Source of the DNA: Promethearchaeota archaeon Loki_b32
Lineage (GTDB): Archaea > Asgardarchaeota > Lokiarchaeia > Sigyniarchaeales > SOKP01
Length of the DNA: 64,000 bases
NCBI GenBank assembly: GCA_005223125.1
Contig: NJBH01000004.1
Span: forward strand, 96,001 to 160,000
Direction: 5' to 3'
Shown: in pieces, positions 61,563-64,000 of the stretch
Layout: the number at the start of each line of letters is the position of its first letter
Numbering within the stretch: position 1 is the first letter of the stretch
The notes under the pieces: generated by a model
What the model was told of the DNA's origin: nothing
Databases searched by the model: none
The model's input: only the letters and a program-made list of their open reading frames with translations
Program-made: the position numbers and the translations under genes

Positions 61563-62576
61563 TTAATAATTTAATTTTTCTCCAAGTGCCATACGCGCTA
61601 AATCACTTAACAAATAATTTTTTAATCCTTTTCTCTCTACTTTCGATCCCAAAACATCTTTACACATGGGACAATTATACACACATGCTTCAGCGCCATT
61701 GTTAATCATATCTTTAATATTTTTATTTTGAGTTGGTCGTACTAAATTACCTTTACCTAACCAACCAAAGGGTCCCCCACAACATAATGCATTTTCTCTA
61801 TCATATTCTCTTGCAACTCTCTCAACTCCTATTAACTCACATATTTTGTCAACCCATTTATCCGTTTCAGGAATAAATCTATTTGAGCAATTTCTTTGAT
61901 AAGCAATTTTCATATTGAGTTTATTTATTTCTGATTCGTGATCTTTTAAGTAATTATAGACATATTCAAAGAGATGAATTGGCTTGAACGGCACATCAAT
62001 ATTATTTCTTTGACAATATGAGGTCCACAATCCATAACATTCATCATGCCAACAAATAAATTCTTGTATTCCATGTTTTTTAATGTTTTCCATTACGATC
62101 GGAAGTCTTTCTCTTATTACTGAATCCCTAGCGACGTGGTGATACATTAAATTACAAAAAAAAGCACGACCACTTATATATTGCAGATTTTCAAACATTT
62201 GTCCTTTCATTTCTTCAGGATTCATTCTTGAAAAAGTGCACTTATGAAAAACTGGTTTATCGGGATCAATTTCCTTTATTCTTAAGTCATCAGGAGGTTC
62301 CATTTGCTTAATTATATTATCTATTAATTTTGGATCAATATTTAATGAATTATATTTTTCCTGTAATTCTGTTTTTAAATCAAATGGATGCGAATCATAT
62401 GGACAATATTCTTCACATGCGAAACAAGTGACACATTCTTTTAAAACGAATGAATCCTCTCCATTTATCATTTTTCCCATTTCAGTCCTAGCTGTCTCTT
62501 TATCAATATCTATCCATTGACACCGTGTCAAACAATCAATATTTTCACATTCAGAACAATGACTTTTATCAAACAT
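61563..62576 (-). CDS. Fe-S / CCG-domain protein
   Basis: CSEC...C...C, CVTCFACEEYCP, CCGG, CPMC. Confidence 0.85.
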   Translation of the reverse strand: MFDKSHCSECENIDCLTRCQWIDIDKETARTEMGKMINGEDSFVLKECVTCFACEEYCPYDSHPFDLKTELQEKYNSLNIDPKLIDNIIKQMEPPDDLRIKEIDPDKPVFHKCTFSRMNPEEMKGQMFENLQYISGRAFFCNLMYHHVARDSVIRERLPIVMENIKKHGIQEFICWHDECYGLWTSYCQRNNIDVPFKPIHLFEYVYNYLKDHESEINKLNMKIAYQRNCSNRFIPETDKWVDKICELIGVERVAREYDRENALCCGGPFGWLGKGNLVRPTQNKNIKDMINNGAEACVYNCPMCKDVLGSKVERKGLKNYLLSDLARMALGEKLNY

Positions 62577-62837
62577 ATTTATATCAGTTTTGAGTTTTAA
62601 GATATAAAATTTTTAATAGAATAAAAATAAAATTGGTTATTTATTGTTAATTAACTAAAATGTAAGTAATCCAAATCCACCATTGAAAAAAGGAAAACCA
62701 CTTTAAGAATTTTCATTTCTGATTCCATGAGGTTCATTAGACGGAATTGTTTCAAAAAGGTTTTTTAGAAAATGACAGAAATAAATTTAAAATTAGTTAG
62801 AGAATTAAAAAAAATAAAAAATTGATTTATAACTTTA

Positions 62838-64000
62838 TTAAAATATTAGAAGTCCTGCTCCATTACCAAATAGCATTAAGAATCCAAGAAAGATGGAAGC
62901 TGTTAATGACATTACTACTAGTAATGTGTTGATACTTGGACCTGCAGTGTCTTTAAATGGATCTCCTACAGTATCTCCCGTAATGGAAGCCTTATGAGTT
63001 TCAGTACCTTTACCTCCAAGATTACCATCCTCAATCCATTTTTTTGCATTATCCCATGCTCCACCCGCATTAGACATCATAATTGCAAAGACAAAACCAG
63101 ATAAAATCGCACCTGTAAGGAATGATCCTAACGCTGCCACACCAAAAAGTATTCCAACTACAATTGGAATGACTATTGAAATAATGCTCGGTATTACTAA
63201 TTCTCTTAAAGAGCCCTTTGTTGCAATATCAATCGTTCTACTAAAATCGGCAGGTTCCTCACCAGTTAATATTTTTGGATTAGATTCAAATTGTCTTCGA
63301 ATCTCATCAACCATTTTACCAGCATTTCTCTGTACTGCACGAATTAATAACGCTGAAAATAATGCAGGCACAACAACCCCAATAAAAGCGCCTATTAATA
63401 CATTTAATGAAAGAAGATCCATGTATTCAATAGTCCCGGGATTAATATCATTAGCTTCTGTTGTAAATGAAAATAATAATGCAAGAACAGTCAAGTTTGC
63501 AGCTCCTATCGCAAATCCTTTAGTAATAGCTTTAGCAGTATTTCCGGCGGAATCTAAATGATCTGCTGTGCGTATTATATCATCTCCTAAATCTCCTTGT
63601 TCTGCAATAGCTCTTGCATTATCTACAATAGGTCCGTAAGCATCATTAGAAACAATAGTTCCTACTATCGCAAGCATTCCAACAGCAGCCATTGCAACCC
63701 CAAAAACACCACCTAATAGATAAGTAAATACCATAGCAAATATAATTCCAATAGCTGGTGGAACTACACTTAATAATCCATATGAAAAACCGCTCAATAT
63801 AACGACAGCATGCCCCTCTTGGGCGGCTTCCGCCATTTTTCTCGTAGGCTTTCTATCAGCTCTAGTAAAATAATCACTTGTAAAACCAAGTATAATACCA
63901 GCAAGAAGTCCTATAACAGCACATGCACATAATTTCCACAACATTGTTGCTTCTTCTCCATTTAATCCAATAACCATTATTAGAGTAAACAAAGCAGCCA
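62838..64000 (-). CDS. hppA: Membrane-bound ion-translocating pyrophosphatase (5' part outside window)
   Basis: DAYGPIVDNA, LDSAGNTAKAITKGFA, GGAWDNAKK, GDTVGDPFKDTAGPS. Confidence 0.95.
   Translation of the reverse strand, partial: AALFTLIMVIGLNGEEATMLWKLCACAVIGLLAGIILGFTSDYFTRADRKPTRKMAEAAQEGHAVVILSGFSYGLLSVVPPAIGIIFAMVFTYLLGGVFGVAMAAVGMLAIVGTIVSNDAYGPIVDNARAIAEQGDLGDDIIRTADHLDSAGNTAKAITKGFAIGAANLTVLALLFSFTTEANDINPGTIEYMDLLSLNVLIGAFIGVVVPALFSALLIRAVQRNAGKMVDEIRRQFESNPKILTGEEPADFSRTIDIATKGSLRELVIPSIISIVIPIVVGILFGVAALGSFLTGAILSGFVFAIMMSNAGGAWDNAKKWIEDGNLGGKGTETHKASITGDTVGDPFKDTAGPSINTLLVVMSLTASIFLGFLMLFGNGAGLLIF

Noticed and set aside
2685-63561. Many short antisense or overlapping ORFs in the track (e.g. 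2685..2933, 9699..9932, 15011..15325, 43174..43592, 53880..54197, 63169..63561)
   Set aside because: Shadow frames of well-supported genes, with no motifs.
1-64000. Selenoprotein/SECIS or genome-wide stop-codon recoding
   Set aside because: I found no in-frame TGA at a catalytic Cys position and no convincing SECIS. TAA terminates most intact genes, so global recoding is excluded.

Overview
AT-rich archaeal chromosomal segment. Gene content points to an Asgard archaeon, most likely Lokiarchaeia: small GTPases, longin-GTPase fusions, eukaryote-like E1/E2/JAMM/ubiquitin, a PCI-like protein, Loki-CTERM-type anchors, archaeal uL16 and archaeal RNase P RNA. All annotations come from motif recognition by eye; no searches were run. 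Layout: (1) 0.2-8.7 kb: GTPase and ubiquitin-system cluster, with two longin/degenerate-GTPase paralogs co-oriented with JAMM-E1-E2, a convergent pro-ubiquitin, a nearby PCI-like protein and no recognisable E3. (2) 12-37 kb: envelope/lipid-modification and cobalamin region, with CDP-alcohol phosphotransferase-GT2-LuxE, a membrane LbH acyltransferase, Glf, MtaA-type methyltransferase plus corrinoid protein, three B12 radical SAM enzymes, a solo RuvC-II-rearranged TnpB and an islet of gene debris. (3) 37-64 kb: acyl-CoA mutase operon with isobutyryl-CoA mutase signature residues, grpE/dnaK/dnaJ, glnA, SPFH, a degenerate rubrerythrin, RNase P RNA, a GlcD/GlcF-like pair and a membrane pyrophosphatase. 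Signals missed by the ORF track: two beta-helix surface-protein genes each lie between diverged direct duplications of host sequence (a radical SAM 3' end and the dnaJ promoter/start); uL16 and a rubredoxin-like gene apparently start at ATC and CTG behind well-spaced AGGTGA motifs; there are several pseudogenes and orphan gene tails.
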